The position numbers were made by a program, and so were the translations under genes. 64,000 nucleotides of DNA. It comes from the human T2T-CHM13v2.0 reference genome, Homo sapiens. The notes below the pieces were generated by a model. That model saw nothing but the letters and a program-made list of their open reading frames with translations. It was not told the DNA's origin and did no database searches. Location: NCBI RefSeq assembly GCF_009914755.1, contig NC_060933.1, one strand, 5' to 3'. Positions 33,771-62,628 of the stretch are shown one piece after another; the first letter of the stretch is position 1, and every line of letters begins with the position of its first letter.

Positions 33771-36262
33771 TAGTTATTCCCTCCCCATTCAAAACAAATT
33801 TATTGTTTAGAGGATATAAGGAGAAAACATTTTTTCCCTCAGATGTATCCTTCTGTGTGTTATGTGTCTTTTTCTTTTGAGACAGGGTCTTGCTCTGTCG
33901 CCCAGGCTGGAGTGCAGTGGTGCGATCTCGATTCACGGCAACCCCCACCTCCCTCGTTCAAACAATTCTCCTGTCTCAGCCTCCAGAGTAGCGGGGAGCC
34001 ACCCGCTACAGGCGCGTGCCACCATGCCCGGCTAATTTTTGTATTTTTTTTAGTAGAGACGTGGTTTCACTATGTTGGCCAGGCTGGTCTTGCACTCCTG
34101 ACCTCAAGTGATCCACCTGCCTCAGCTTCCCAAAGTGCTGGGATTACAGGCGTGAAACACTGTGCCTGGCCCGATATGTGTCTTTTTAGGCAAGCAGTGC
34201 TTATGTTGTTTGTTAGTGGTAAGCTGCCTTTGTAGCTCTGTGTTACCTTGAGTGAGACATGATGTGATGTTTAGTTCGTAGCATCCTCAGCACTGTCTTA
34301 TTCACAATCATTGTCAATCTAAATGCATAGTCCTTCCTGATTTTTTTTTTTTGAAGGCTTTTTAAAAAAGTTTAATTGAGATATGGTTACAATGGAGAAA
34401 AACCTTCAGGAAATATAAATGTAAAAAAAATTTTTTAAGCTTTATTATTTATTATAAAAACAACATACATTTTTGTAAATTATTCAATCAAGGAAAATTG
34501 ATTCAGAAAGCCATTTGAAATTCAATCAGCATGATCAATGATACTTTAACCCCTATTCAAATGAAAATTATCCTAATTAAAAGTAGGTGCCCTAAGACCA
34601 TTTTTCAGGGTGCATTTGGGTTCTATTGCTTCCACATCAGGAACTCATAATTACTGTATGGATTTTATAAGTTGATCCAACCATGGTATGACTTCTGTGG
34701 GTACTGGTAAGTCCACATCATTGCTTTGTAATAATGTATAATCATGACTGGATGCAGTGGCTCACGCTGCAATTTCAGCACTTTGGGAGGCTGAGGTGAG
34801 AAGATTACTTGAGCTCAGGAGTTTGAGACCAGCCTCCAACATAGGGAGACCCCAACATAGGGAGACCGCATCTCTACAGAAAATAAAAAATAACAATAAA
34901 AAATGTGTAGTCACAATGTTAAAGTGAATCAGAAGAGTTGCTAAGTTATGATCCTTTAATTGAATCAAAGTTTTTTGTTTAAATTGGCTTGCTGAGGAGT
35001 TTCCAGTAAATTAATAATGAATTATGTAATTAATATTATGTTAATATTAAATGTTATTTTAATCAGGTCACTGCCCTGCATGCCAACTTCCACTGAAGTG
35101 GGAATGTTTCACAGTGATTCAGTGGCCAATTAGCAATGCTCAGATTCGCCATTTATTGAGAGATTCACACACACACAATCAATCAAACATTCACAATGTG
35201 GTTATTAAAGGCTGTAATTAGGGGGACAATGAACCACAGGGATGGCTCAGAAGGTCAGAGCACTGATGGACCCTCAAGTGGGTTGGAAGTCCCTTGGATG
35301 CTAGTAAGTGAGGAGTGGCTGTTCCTCTCCTGGAGAGCCGCTGGGCGGCAATTGTCATGCTAGGAGGAGGCCTCAGAGTTCTCATGGGCAAAGATTCCAA
35401 AGGCGCCCCAGACATCATCAGCTCCTTGCTGTGTGTATGATTCTCCAAAGGTCTGCCCAGTATCATGGTCTCAGCCAGCTCTTGGCTCCATTTTTCCATC
35501 GGTGGTGGTACTATGCCACAGCAGGTGTTATTATCTCACCACCTTATTCTATTAGACGTATGTTTATCACTTCGAAGAAAAACAATTTTACTATGATCTC
35601 AGTTGCCAGGCTAGTACACATGTGCTTATCATTCTTTGTTTGCTTTTCTTTTGAGTCAAGGTCTTGCTCTGTCACCCAGGTTGAATTGCAGTGGCACGAT
35701 CATCGCTCACTTCAGCCTGTAATTCCTAGGCTGAAGGGATCCTCCCACCTCGGTCTCTTGAGTAGATAGGACTACAGGTGTGCACCACCACACCCAGATT
35801 TTTTTTTTTTTTTTTTTTTTTTGTAGAGAAGGATCTCACTATGTTGAACTCCTGGTGGCCTCAAGGGATCCTCCTACCTCGGCCTCACAAAGTATTGGAA
35901 TTACAGGTGTGAGTCACTGCAGCTGGCCTTCACTTATCACTGTGAGGAGTAAACAGCTGCATGGTGGGCTTAATGCCATCTAACACGAGTGACTCCATGT
36001 TCAGACAGTAGGATCACAAATGATTATTATATAGCAATGAATGGCCACAGGTACATAGACTAAGGAGCCACATCCCTGCTCCTGGGATATCCTTTAGTCA
36101 AAGGGCTAGAAGGGTCCTGGAGGTTTGCCACTTCTCCGTGTTGAGGTACAGAGTTCCTAGACTAAGGGACTGGCTGCATTGTTATGTGTGAGTGCTAGTC
36201 ATGGTGCTACCTGGCACCCACAAATGCCACAGCAGACCCATGGTCGAGGGAGAGGAGCAGGA

Positions 36263-36727
36263 ATACCAGTTACCATGCCGGAGTAACAGTTACGGCACTG
36301 ATGCACCAGTTACCATGCCAGAGTAACAGTTACAGCACTGGTATACCAGCTACCATGCCAGAGTAACAGTTACCACACTGATATACCAGTTACCATGCCG
36401 GAGTAACAGTTACCGCACTGATGCACCAGTTACCATGCCAGAGTAACAATTATAGCACTGGTATACCAGCTACCATGCCAGAGTAACAGTCACCACACTG
36501 ATATACTAGTTACCATGCCAGAGTAACAGTTACCGCACTGATGCACCAGTTACCATGCCAGAGTAACAGTTACAGCACTGGTATACCAGTTACCATGCCG
36601 GAGTAACAGTTACTGCACTGATAATACCAGTTACCATGCTGGAGTAACAGTTACCACACTGGTATACCAGTTACCATGCCGGAGTAACAGTTACCGCACT
36701 GGTATACCAGTTACCATGCCAGAGTGA
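36263..36727. repeat. Minisatellite, 40-bp unit, ~11.7 copies
   Basis: Consensus RTRYACCAGTTACCATGCCRGAGTAACAGTTACNRCACTG repeated head-to-tail, read directly from the sequence. Confidence 0.97.
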
Positions 36728-37545
36728 CTGATTTTGACCAAGACCTTTGGGTTGTACAGAAGGGGTGAGACCATACCTGTCCTCAAGCATTTCCAACCTA
36801 GTGTAGAGAAAAACAGGAGCAAGATAAGAACAATGTACTGAAAAGGAAATTGGATGAGGGCCTGGAAAAAGGGGTAAAGTGAGCTGGTTGGGATTGGTGA
36901 GTGCCACAGCTTCCTGCCCCTTAACAGATCAGTGCCATGGTGGCTGTGGTGTCCCTGGCCCAGACCTTCTCAGACAGGGCCTGGGTGCCCTTTACAGAGC
37001 AGTTGGGAAGAGAAGGGAACCTAGCCTTGTGACCTTTTGCTCCACAGACCTAGTCCTTTGTTGTGGTGCGAGGCTCAGTCGTCAGCCCACCGAGTCATGT
37101 ATGTTCTCTGGTTGCCCCTGGTTTTGGCTGAACTCAAAGGATGGCTGTTTGTGAGGAGTACTGGTACTTTTTGCCACTTGTGTGCCCTAACTGTGGTGGA
37201 TGCCATTTTGGGGATTATGCTCAGCAGTGAGTCACGTGAGATGCACACGTAGCTTTTCGGTGATTAATCCAGGTCAATGCCCTTACCCACATACTTCTGA
37301 GATGTACTGATGATGACTACATTTAAAGCTTTTTCTCCATTGGCTAGAAGTTGAGACCCATTTCAACAAAAGCACTTCCACCTCTCCTGAAGTGCATTGG
37401 GAAAACTGGAGGCCATTACTAGATTTACAGATGATGGGCCGTGCTTAAATAACCCATCTTAGCCAGACTCCAGGTTTCGTCACATATTCCCTACCTGTTG
37501 CTGCCATTGAGGGCTTTCTCTGTGCTAGGCACTACCAAATAATGC

Positions 37546-37597
37546 TTTGGTAACTTTGGTAATTTGGTAAACTTGGTAATTTGGTAAATTTGGTAAT
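37546..37597. repeat. Short tandem repeat, 9-10 bp unit with TTGGTAA core, ~6 copies
   Basis: TTTGGTAACTTTGGTAATTTGGTAAACTTGGTAATTTGGTAAATTTGGTAA. Confidence 0.85.
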
Positions 37598-38056
37598 AAA
37601 GAGCCTTTATTCTAAAGTGCAAATCTAAGTTTGGGGTTCAGTAGCTCAAAACTCTCTGGTGGTTCCCATTATATAGAGTAACAGTCTTCATTTTAAAAAA
37701 GGTCATGTACCCTTATTAGAATTTTGTGAGCAAACAAATATGTGTGTATCGTATGTATGTTTATATGTATATCAGATGTACGCACATTAGTATGTGCTAT
37801 TAAGATACTTTATATTATATAATATATACTGTATAACACCGTATATTATAAAGCATTCATAAAATGAAAATGAAGATGAAATAAATTGCATTGTAAATAT
37901 TTAAAACTTTAAAAAATGCGTTACTGGTACAAAATTTTTTTGTTTCTAAAAAATTATTATTAATGAGCAATGGGACTGAATTTGCTTCACCGTTTTTTTA
38001 AAATCTTGATTTAACATTTGTCATACAGCTATTTTAACATCTTACACTAAAGTTGA

Positions 38057-38365
<309 letters not shown>

Positions 38366-38374
38366 TAATAGTGC

Positions 38375-38940
38375 TTGGGGGAGGTAGCCTCTAAGATGAC
38401 TCCCAGTGATTCCCCACCTCCTGGTATTCCTGGCTCTTTTGCAAATGTCAATTCTAATTTGGTCCTAAGGTCTCTCTCTTGAGAGTGGCTATAGATTCTA
38501 GCCCTGCCCAGGAAAATAGGTTTGAATGCATTGGTCAGGTGAGACACAGAGCAGCACAGCAAGACACATGAAATAGCAGAAGTATTTTTATTACTTACTG
38601 ATCCCAGAGAGGAGAGAGAGAGAATCCTGGGCCAAAACCTTTATTGGGAGTCCAGGGAGTTTCCCAAGTGGGTTTCCTAGGGCTATTATGTTACCGAAGC
38701 CAATAGTTCTAATTGATGGGTTTAAAGGGAGCAGGCACAAGCTTTGTGGGGGTCACGCTGTGATTGAGACATGGTCACTGTAGCATATTCATCTAGTACT
38801 TGTGGGGTCGGGGAACAAGAGGGGTGAGCCACATAGGCCCTATGTAGCTGTCCTGTAAAGAGGTAGGGGAGGTGGCCATCAAGAGGCATGGTGTTAGGCA
38901 GATGTCTGGAGTGGCCACATTGAGGGATTGGAAGCGGGTG
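38375..38940. mobile_element. Probable LTR (MaLR/ERVL-like) fragments
   Basis: MLT1-like 5' motif GCCTCTAAGATGACTCCCAGTGATTCCCCACCTCCTGGTATTC followed by LTR-like sequence; family not determined. Confidence 0.4.
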
Positions 38941-39039
38941 TGTTTCTATGCTCCCTTAAGGATATTTTTGGAAACAACATGCTTGCTGCATACAAATATT
39001 CAAACATTTTATCTTTAAAACAAATTTTAGTACTGGTAA

Positions 39040-39357
<318 letters not shown>

Positions 39358-39613
39358 TGATCCACCCGCCTCGGCCTCCCAAAGTGCTGGGATTACAGGG
39401 GTGAGCCACCACGCCTGGCCCCTTCTTGTTTTTGTAGCTTGTCACATGATGAATGCTTTTTACCCTGGGGGAGACCAAGACTTTGAGTAATAGTTTGCTT
39501 TTATAAGCCAGAATTTGTTCTACACATAGAAGGATAAAACTGTCTTTTCTGGCCAGGCGCAGTGGCTCACGCCTGTAATCCCAGCATTTTGGGGGGCCGA
39601 GGCAGGCGGATCA

Positions 39614-40412
<799 letters not shown>

Positions 40413-41769
40413 TAATAGAGCGCCTGCTGTTTGATTTTCAGTTTTCTGTAGAAGGAAAAAAAAAAATCAAACCAACAATAGCAAAACTCATGATACCTCC
40501 TGGTCTCTCTCTCCCTCTCCTCTGCTTGCATATTCTGGTCTATAACAGGAAATGGAACCTCCTGGAGTGAGGGGAAAATGACCTTCACATATAGGTTTCT
40601 CACTCTAAAGTTATTTCTTAAATATTTTAGCCTGAGTTCTTTTAATAACAGACCTCAGCTCTAGTTCTTTGAAATGCATGTGGGAAAATGTTTATCAGTG
40701 TTGAAATCTGACATTTTTTTAATCTCATGAACTCCACAATTGTCTGATTATTAAAGTCCTGCTTACTTGACTGTGACTAAAATTCTACTTTCAGAAGAGT
40801 AGAATGTACCCCTACCAAATTGAAGATCAAATAAATAAAGTGGACCTGGAAAAGTAAGGCTTGCCATTGTGTGTCAAACCAGCCCTTCCCAGCTGTGGGC
40901 TTTGTACTTACGGACTCAGAACGTGAATGGAAGTACAGACTCTGGAACATGTAGGAGCTGTTATCCCTTGCCAGTTTCATGCTTCACTGTCCATCTCCTG
41001 GCCAAATAGAGAGACAAGGGTGACATTAAAATCATGGGTTTATCTGAATTCAAATCTCAGCTGCTCACTTACTAACAGTATGACCGCAGACACCAACAAA
41101 ACGTCCCACTGCTGCTTATTTCCAAGCCTTTCCAAGGTCTTCTGGTCAGGGCAGATTCTTCTTTCTTGTTCCTAAATTTAAAGTTTCAAGAATTTAATGC
41201 GTTTTTTTTTTTTAATGAATTTAATGCCTTTTGGGGGGTAGGTTTTCCTAATTTAACTTTATTTTTTTAAATTTTATTTTTAAATTAGTGAACAGTAAAA
41301 TTGACTTTTTCAATGTATGGTTTTATGAATTTTAAGACATTTATAGATTTGTATAACTACCATTGCCACCACAGGACATAAAATATTTCCATAATCCCAA
41401 TAACTTTCTTCGTGCTATTCTGCTCTCCTGCCTCCTGGCAACCACTGATCTGTTCTCATCACTATTGTTTTGTCCTTTTGAGACTGTCACAGAAATGGAA
41501 GCATCTAGTATGTAACCTTTTGAGATTGGCTTCTTTCACTGAGCGTAATGCCTTTGAGATCCATCTAAATGTTGCATGTGACAACAGTTTGTTCCTTTTC
41601 ATTGCTGAGTAGTATTCCATTGTATGAATATGGCACAGTTTGCTTATTCATTCATCTGTTGAGGATGTGTTTGGGTTGTTGCTTGGTGGGGCATTGGTGA
41701 TTACGAATAGAGTTTTAAGCATTTCTGTACTGTTTTTATATGAACATAATTTTTTAATTCACTTAGCAT

Positions 41770-42879
<1,110 letters not shown>

Positions 42880-43370
42880 CTTGGCTAAAGACCTAGGAAT
42901 GGGTCACTAGGTCATATGGTTAGTATGTGTTTAATTTCATGAGAAATTGCCAAACTGTTTTACAGAGTGGCAGTCATTTCACGTTCCTACCAGCACCCTT
43001 GAACGCCAGAATTCCTGGTATCCTCGGCTGAACTGGCTAGTGTCGGTATTTTTAATTTTAGCCATTCTAGTGAGTATCTCATCATGGTTTTGCTTTTCCC
43101 TGACAGCTAATGAGGTGGATTGAGCATCTTTTTGTGTGAAAACCTCATATCTTTTAATTTTCCTCCTATAACCTGCATAAGTATGAGGAAGAAAAGTGTG
43201 AACTGAATCATAACTAAAGGAAAGAAGAACATTGCTGTCTTAAGCAGATCACGCCTTTGTCGTTATACAGTATGGTACAATAATCCATTACACATCTCTT
43301 TGATTCATCTTGTCTGTTAAATTTCTTTATAAAATTTGTTTAGTTGATGACACACCTGACTCTAATATAA

Positions 43371-43550
<180 letters not shown>

Positions 43551-43553
43551 TAG

Positions 43554-43791
<238 letters not shown>

Positions 43792-44847
43792 TGATCCACC
43801 TGCCTTGGCTTCCCAAAGTCTTGGGATTGCAGGCGTGAGCCACTGCGCTTGGCCTCTATATAAGCTTTTAATGAATAATAAAGACTCTAAATTATGCTTA
43901 TTTACTACCAAATAATCTTTTTAAATGAAAAATTTGTTATCCCTCCCAGCCCTCAGCCATGACCCGAAGTATGAAATAGGCATATCTTTTTGCTGCTATT
44001 AGGCTGTAGTTCATACTGGTTTAGTATTGCTGTTGATCACTTTTAGGGACATTTAATGATATTTTATACTAGATCTTGAGCACCAGCTATTTATTTTCTC
44101 TTGAAGCAGTGGTTTATAGTAATACATTGTGCTCAGTTCTTTTTTGGTTCTTTGTCAAGTTCAACACAGTAGCTTCTGTTGATTGAGTTCTTGTAGTTAT
44201 GAGGGGAAATTAATGCTGGTGACCAGTATTTGAGAATTAAAAACCTCTGTTCAGAAAGGCAATGCAGAGTAGAATAATGAACGGATACTATAAATGACAT
44301 ATCTTGACACTGGGGGTTTAGTATAAATAAACAGTATTTCAATCTCTGGAAATTGTAAAGCCCGTTATTTAACCTAAAAACGTTAATGGCTCAGAAAACA
44401 GAATTACATGGCATTTCCTTGCTAACCTCCCAGAGCCTATCCCCTCCAAAGATGATAGGGCTAAAGCCTGGTCCACTAAGTTGTTGTCAGTCGTACGGGC
44501 TTTAGAGTATGTTGACTTGATCAAACATTTACTGTTTACAAATATTTGCTTCTAGCTCATATCCTGACACTTAAAGCCACGTGATCTTGTAGAAGTCACT
44601 TAGCTGATGAGGTAAAACTGAGTCTGTTTCTCCATCTGTTGAATGAGGCTGGTGATAGACTCTTTCTTTGCTCTCTCCCAGGTGGGTAGGAGATCAGGAT
44701 GAGCTGATGTCTGTGAAAGAACTTTGGATACTATAAAGTGCTTTAGGAATGTATGGGGTTATTATTTTATGAAATTGTTGATTCGTCTTCATAATTTGAG
44801 ATACAAGATCTCCATTCCATTGCTAATGCTTATGGAAGATTTTGTCA

Positions 44848-45009
<162 letters not shown>

Positions 45010-45166
45010 TTATCCAGGTGTGGTGGTGCACGCCTGTGTTCCCAGCTACTTGGGAGGTTAAAGAGGAAAGATCACTTCAGCCCAGGAGGTTGAGGCTGCA
45101 TTGAGCCATGATTGTGCCACGGCACTCCAGCCTGGACAACAGAGACCCTGACTCAAGAAAAAAAAA

Positions 45167-45168
<2 letters not shown>

Positions 45169-45202
<34 letters not shown>
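45169..45202. repeat. (AT)n microsatellite at an Alu tail
   Basis: About 16-17 AT units. Confidence 0.9.
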
Positions 45203-45204
<2 letters not shown>

Positions 45205-45335
45205 AAGTATAAGTATATACTTAGAGGTGGGCTGGTAAAGGCTTTTTCATTATGGATTTTTCAGTTTATTTCTTCTAAGTTTTGTCAGTTGAACAGTAGG
45301 GATAAATTAAAGAGGAGGAAAAAAAATCCCCATCA

Positions 45336-45417
45336 TCCTTCCTTCCCTCCTTCCCTCCTTCCCTTCCTCCCTCCCTCCCTCCCTTCCTCCCTCCTTTCCT
45401 CACTCCCTTTCTTTTTT
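45336..45417. repeat. (TCCC/TTCC)n polypyrimidine tract
   Basis: Read directly from the sequence; adjoins the tail of a minus-strand Alu. Confidence 0.85.
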
Positions 45418-45546
45418 GACAGAGTCTCACTGTGTTGCCCAGGCTAGAGTGCAGTGGCGTGATCTTGGCTTACTGCAACCTCCCCATCCTGGGTTCAAAT
45501 GATTCTCAGGCCTTGGCCTCCTGAATAGCTGGGATTACAGACATGA

Positions 45547-45951
<405 letters not shown>

Positions 45952-46026
45952 TGATAGGATAGTGAAGAAATTTTAACCTTTGCTAAAAACATGCAAGACA
46001 GTGTCATAATGTTTAAGAATACATAA

Positions 46027-46428
<402 letters not shown>

Positions 46429-47579
46429 TAGCTAACAGTTATGGGGAGGGCTGAAAAAGCAGGTTCTTGGTTGGGCTTCATGAGTGATTCCCAGATGGAA
46501 CGGCCTCATAGACCTGGGCCACTGAGGAAGCTGCAGCCTCTTCAGGAATTGGGAAGGTGTCAGCTGTAGAATCTCTGCCACAATCAAAGCCTTACTGCTC
46601 CTGGCTCCAGAGCCAGGTATGGTCAGCCAGCAAAATTGATATCCTGCACTCTGCTCCTCAACACCCATGAAGCCAGTGCCTGGACACAGGACTGCTCGTC
46701 CTGCCTCAGAAAACCAAATGCTTTCCAGCCGGGCTTGCCCACAGCAACGGCAGAAGCAACAGATGTGTGCTGGGCCTCCCATCTGCTTTCCAAATCTCAT
46801 GTAATTGTATCCAACTTGCAGACCCTAAATCACATTTAAACTGTAGGTGCAGGGGAGGTGGTGATGTGTCTGTTAGATTTTCAGCCTCCGCACTATTAGA
46901 AAAGAAGGGACCCTGGAAGGAGGATGGAATGGCTATGGATTATCCATCCACCATATTCGCTCCAAATTCTTAACCTGATATGAAGATGTATGGGTATAAT
47001 GTAGGGATGCTTTGGACCCTGTAATTTTATGCACACTTGGGAATGTGCACCAGAACATTTTTCTTTCATTAGATTCTCAAAGGGGACGATGACCCGACAG
47101 AGGCTAAGCACCATTAACCAGATAAGTTAAGTGATGAAGTGCCCAGATTCTGAAGGCAGGCAGGCCTAGATGTGAATCCTGTCTCTGCTTCATAGCTGTT
47201 GTGAGATCTTGGGCATGTTATTTCACTTCTGTAACCCTTAACTTTCTCATCTTTAAGATAGGGTTCTGAGGATACTTTTATGGAGGTTTCATGGTACCAG
47301 CATCCTACTGGGAACTGTAACTCCTGCTGCCTACCAAATATCTATAATATCTTTGGCTTGGCACTCAAGGTCTTCTCTGAAGTAGCCCAAACATGCTTTC
47401 TTGCCCTACTGCAGGGTTGCTATGAGGGTGAAGTATAGAATGCCTGTATGGTGAATGCCTGGTATAGTGCCTGGCCCCAAAAAGCAACCAATAAGTAGTC
47501 TTCTCTTCCCAAAGCTAGTCACTGCATGTATGTATGTATTCATTCATTCCTCAGAAGAACATGGCCAACATGAAAATTA

Positions 47580-47899
<320 letters not shown>

Positions 47900-47980
47900 T
47901 CAAAAAAAAAAAAAAAGGGCTGGGCGCAGTGGCTCACGCCTGTAGTCCCAGCACTTTGGGAGGCTGAGGCGGGTGGATCA

Positions 47981-48707
<727 letters not shown>

Positions 48708-49002
48708 TAACCCCGGCACCTAGTATCATGCCTATTACATAGTAGATTTTCAATAAATGTTAAATGCATGAATGAATAATGAGTAAAGAAACTGGGTAAT
48801 GTTTTTAGCTTGGAGGAGAGAAGCCTAAGGGAAGATGTGTTTGCTGTTTTGAAAATATTTATTGTCGCTGGGCGCGGTGGCTCACGCCTGTAATCCCAGC
48901 ACTTTGGGAGGCTGAGGCGGGTGTATCACCTGGGTCAGGAGTTCGAGACCAGTCTGGCCAACATGGTGAAACCCCGTCTCTACTAAAATATAAAAAAAAT
49001 TA

Positions 49003-49146
<144 letters not shown>

Positions 49147-49262
49147 TCAGAAAAAAAAAAAAAAGAGAGACCAGGCGTGGTGGCTCACGCCTGTAATCCC
49201 AGCACTTTGGGAGGCCGAGGCGGGTGGATTACGAGGTCAGGAGATCGAGACCATCCTGGCTA

Positions 49263-49527
<265 letters not shown>

Positions 49528-49719
49528 TTAGGAGCTGCGGATGGAAGTCACAAAATAAGGCACATTTGGACTCAGTATGAAAAGAGCTTTCAGATAATGA
49601 GAGCAATCAAGTAATGGGGGGGGCCTTGGAAGCCAGTGATTATTGGTCATTGGAGGTATTAAAGGAGAGGCAAGATAGGAAGATATAGATGGGGTTTGAA
49701 TACCGTGCGGGGCTTCTCA

Positions 49720-50320
49720 GCACTCTTCCTTTTCTGAGTGCTTTTAACAAGCGGACTAGGGAATAGATAGGGCCTCTGCTCTCAGGGAGATTATTGTCTG
49801 CTCAGGGAGAGAAGATATATTCAGGTGGGAAAGGGCAAAGGGTGTTAGGAATGGCTTGGCTAGGATAGTCAGAGGAGTACGTGGAGTAAGGCAGGAAAGC
49901 ATGTTTGGGCTTCCTCAAAGATGACCTTGAGTACCAAGCCAAAGATTTTGGAGATATTTGGTGGACATTGGGCATTATACATACCCAGTAAGATATTAGC
50001 ACCATGAAAGCTCCACAAAAGTGTCCTGAGCGCCTAGAACAGTACTTGGCACATGGTAGATCTTCAATAAATAGTTGTTGAAGGAATTTGTTAAAATATC
50101 AGAGCTATGATTTAAGAAAATTATTCTGTAATCTGAATTTAGGTTGGGAGTGGAAAGGAGTACCCTTAAGTAGGACATGAGAAGAGCCTGAAGAAAGGCA
50201 GAGGACACCAGTAGGCATCTTGGATGTGGGATTGGTCAGAGGGGAGAGAGGTAAAAATGATTCCATGACTGTGAGTCTGGCGACTAGAAATGGGGGTGAC
50301 ATTCACAGAGTAGGGTGGTT
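49720..50320 (-). mobile_element. L2 fragment (antisense) containing a short sense L2 3' end at ~49995-50090
   Basis: The sense L2 tail CCTAGAACAGTACTTGGCACATGGTAGATCTTCAATAAATAGTTGTTGAAGGAAT is embedded in antisense-L2-like purine-rich sequence. Confidence 0.6.
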
Positions 50321-52068
50321 CCCTGTAGTTCCTCCTTGTGCAGAAGGTGAGGCTTTGCTTGTCGACCTGCTTCAGTAGTAGCATTGACAGAACAGTCTCT
50401 GTGTACTCTGTCCCCTCAGTGCTTTCTGCATATGTGTTGCTCACTCATCACTATCCGCATGTTCGTGGTCTCTGGAAAGAATCAACTATAATGATCAGAA
50501 TAATTGCCTGGTAGGACGTATTTCCTTTGAGTTCAGCAAGACGTGCCCCCTCACATGGTGTTCCTGTTCATTCATAAGGCTGTAATAATGTATGAGTTAG
50601 GAGACCCTTTTGACCAATTCCCCTCTGTTTTCCATCTTGGAAAAACCAGAACTCTGTTTTCTTGAGCAAATGATGTTGCCACCAGCCCTGAAGCTCCTTT
50701 TCCTGGGTTTGTAGGGGTTGGTGGAATCCTGGCAGTCTGCCGCTCTTCCTGGCCTCCAGAGATCAGGGCTGTGACCTTCCATCTGCAGATGGCAGTTCTA
50801 GCTGCGAGGTTGGTGGCCGAGGAGGACGAGGACACAGCTCAGGGCCTGTCCTTCAAGGGCTTCCGTGTGCAGCAGCAGCACTCTGTAATATCATAGATGA
50901 ATTTTTGTCAAAACACAGAGAAAAGTTGATTACACTTCTCATTTATTAAAAAAAAATGACTTGATAGCATAGTAGATGGCCCCTTATGTAAGCCACTTAG
51001 TATTATTTCAAAGGAAGCAAGTCTGTGAGAAAAGGGGCAACCACTTTTCTCATAGAGAAGAACAGGTTTTTAAATGAAAAGATCAACAAATCCAAATGCT
51101 GTGGTATTTATACTGATTTAGAAAGGCAGTTGACTTTGGGAGGCTTTGTTTTCTCATTTCCCTTTTCTCCTTGACATTTGACAGACGTGGTTAGCAGAGA
51201 GCTTTCTCATTCGGTTTTCCTGGAGAGAGCTCTGCCTCTTGGGCTTCCTGCATTTGTATGGAAGTTTTAATTTTTTTTTTTTTGTCAAATGAAAGGTTGC
51301 CATTTCATTTGTTCAGATTTCCCACACACTGTTGCAGCAATCTTTAGATTTCAAATTGGCTAATTCAGTGGGTCACTTAATTCTTAACTTTTACAACATT
51401 TTGAGTCTAAATACAGCAAAATTGGTGCCTTTTTCAGCTATTTTTCGGCGTTGCTATATTCCAAGCCACTGAGCTCTGTTTTACTCTGACATTTTCTCTT
51501 CACTTTTGGGATTCTGCTCACTGTGTTTAAGGCAGCTCGATAGCATTTTGCCAAAAAAGAGAAGTTAGGGCTAGTGTGAGTTGAGGGGAAGGGGATGTTT
51601 CTGTTGTTGCTCCTTGCTGAGTATCTTCAGATATCTAAAAGAAACTTGTAACACAGCGTCAGCCTGACACTGGCCTTTGCAGCATCAGCCTTGGTTGACT
51701 GTGTTCTAATAGGGATGCCTGATCTGTATCCTCTTTAACTTGGCTATAAGAAGGTTTTGGAGAATGTATGTCTGAGGGTGTTTTAAAAGAAAATGGAAAC
51801 AAAGCTCCTTTTTGCCTTGAGCTCATGGTTTGGAATTTGGGCATTTGGAATCCTTCAAGCCCTCCTCCTGGGCAGAGCTGGAGTCCCCTTAGGGCACTGC
51901 CTGTCATCTTCACTACACAGCTGTGCTCCAGAGCAGGGAGCCGATGGAAAGGGGGACCCAGAACATTCCATTCTGCAGAATTCCCTTCCAGCCGTCTGTG
52001 AGAAGGCAGTTTGGGACCCTTTTAGAAGTTTGCTTTATAAGTGAAGAACCTGAGGCCGGCTGTGTTCA

Positions 52069-54626
<2,558 letters not shown>

Positions 54627-54651
54627 TACTAGCCAGGCATCTTTCTACTGA

Positions 54652-62628
<7,977 letters not shown>

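Noticed and set aside
36263-36727. CRISPR-like array or coding repeat
   Set aside because: Units abut with no unique spacers, there are no cas genes, the context is a primate intron, and the track shows no ORF spanning the array. It is a minisatellite.
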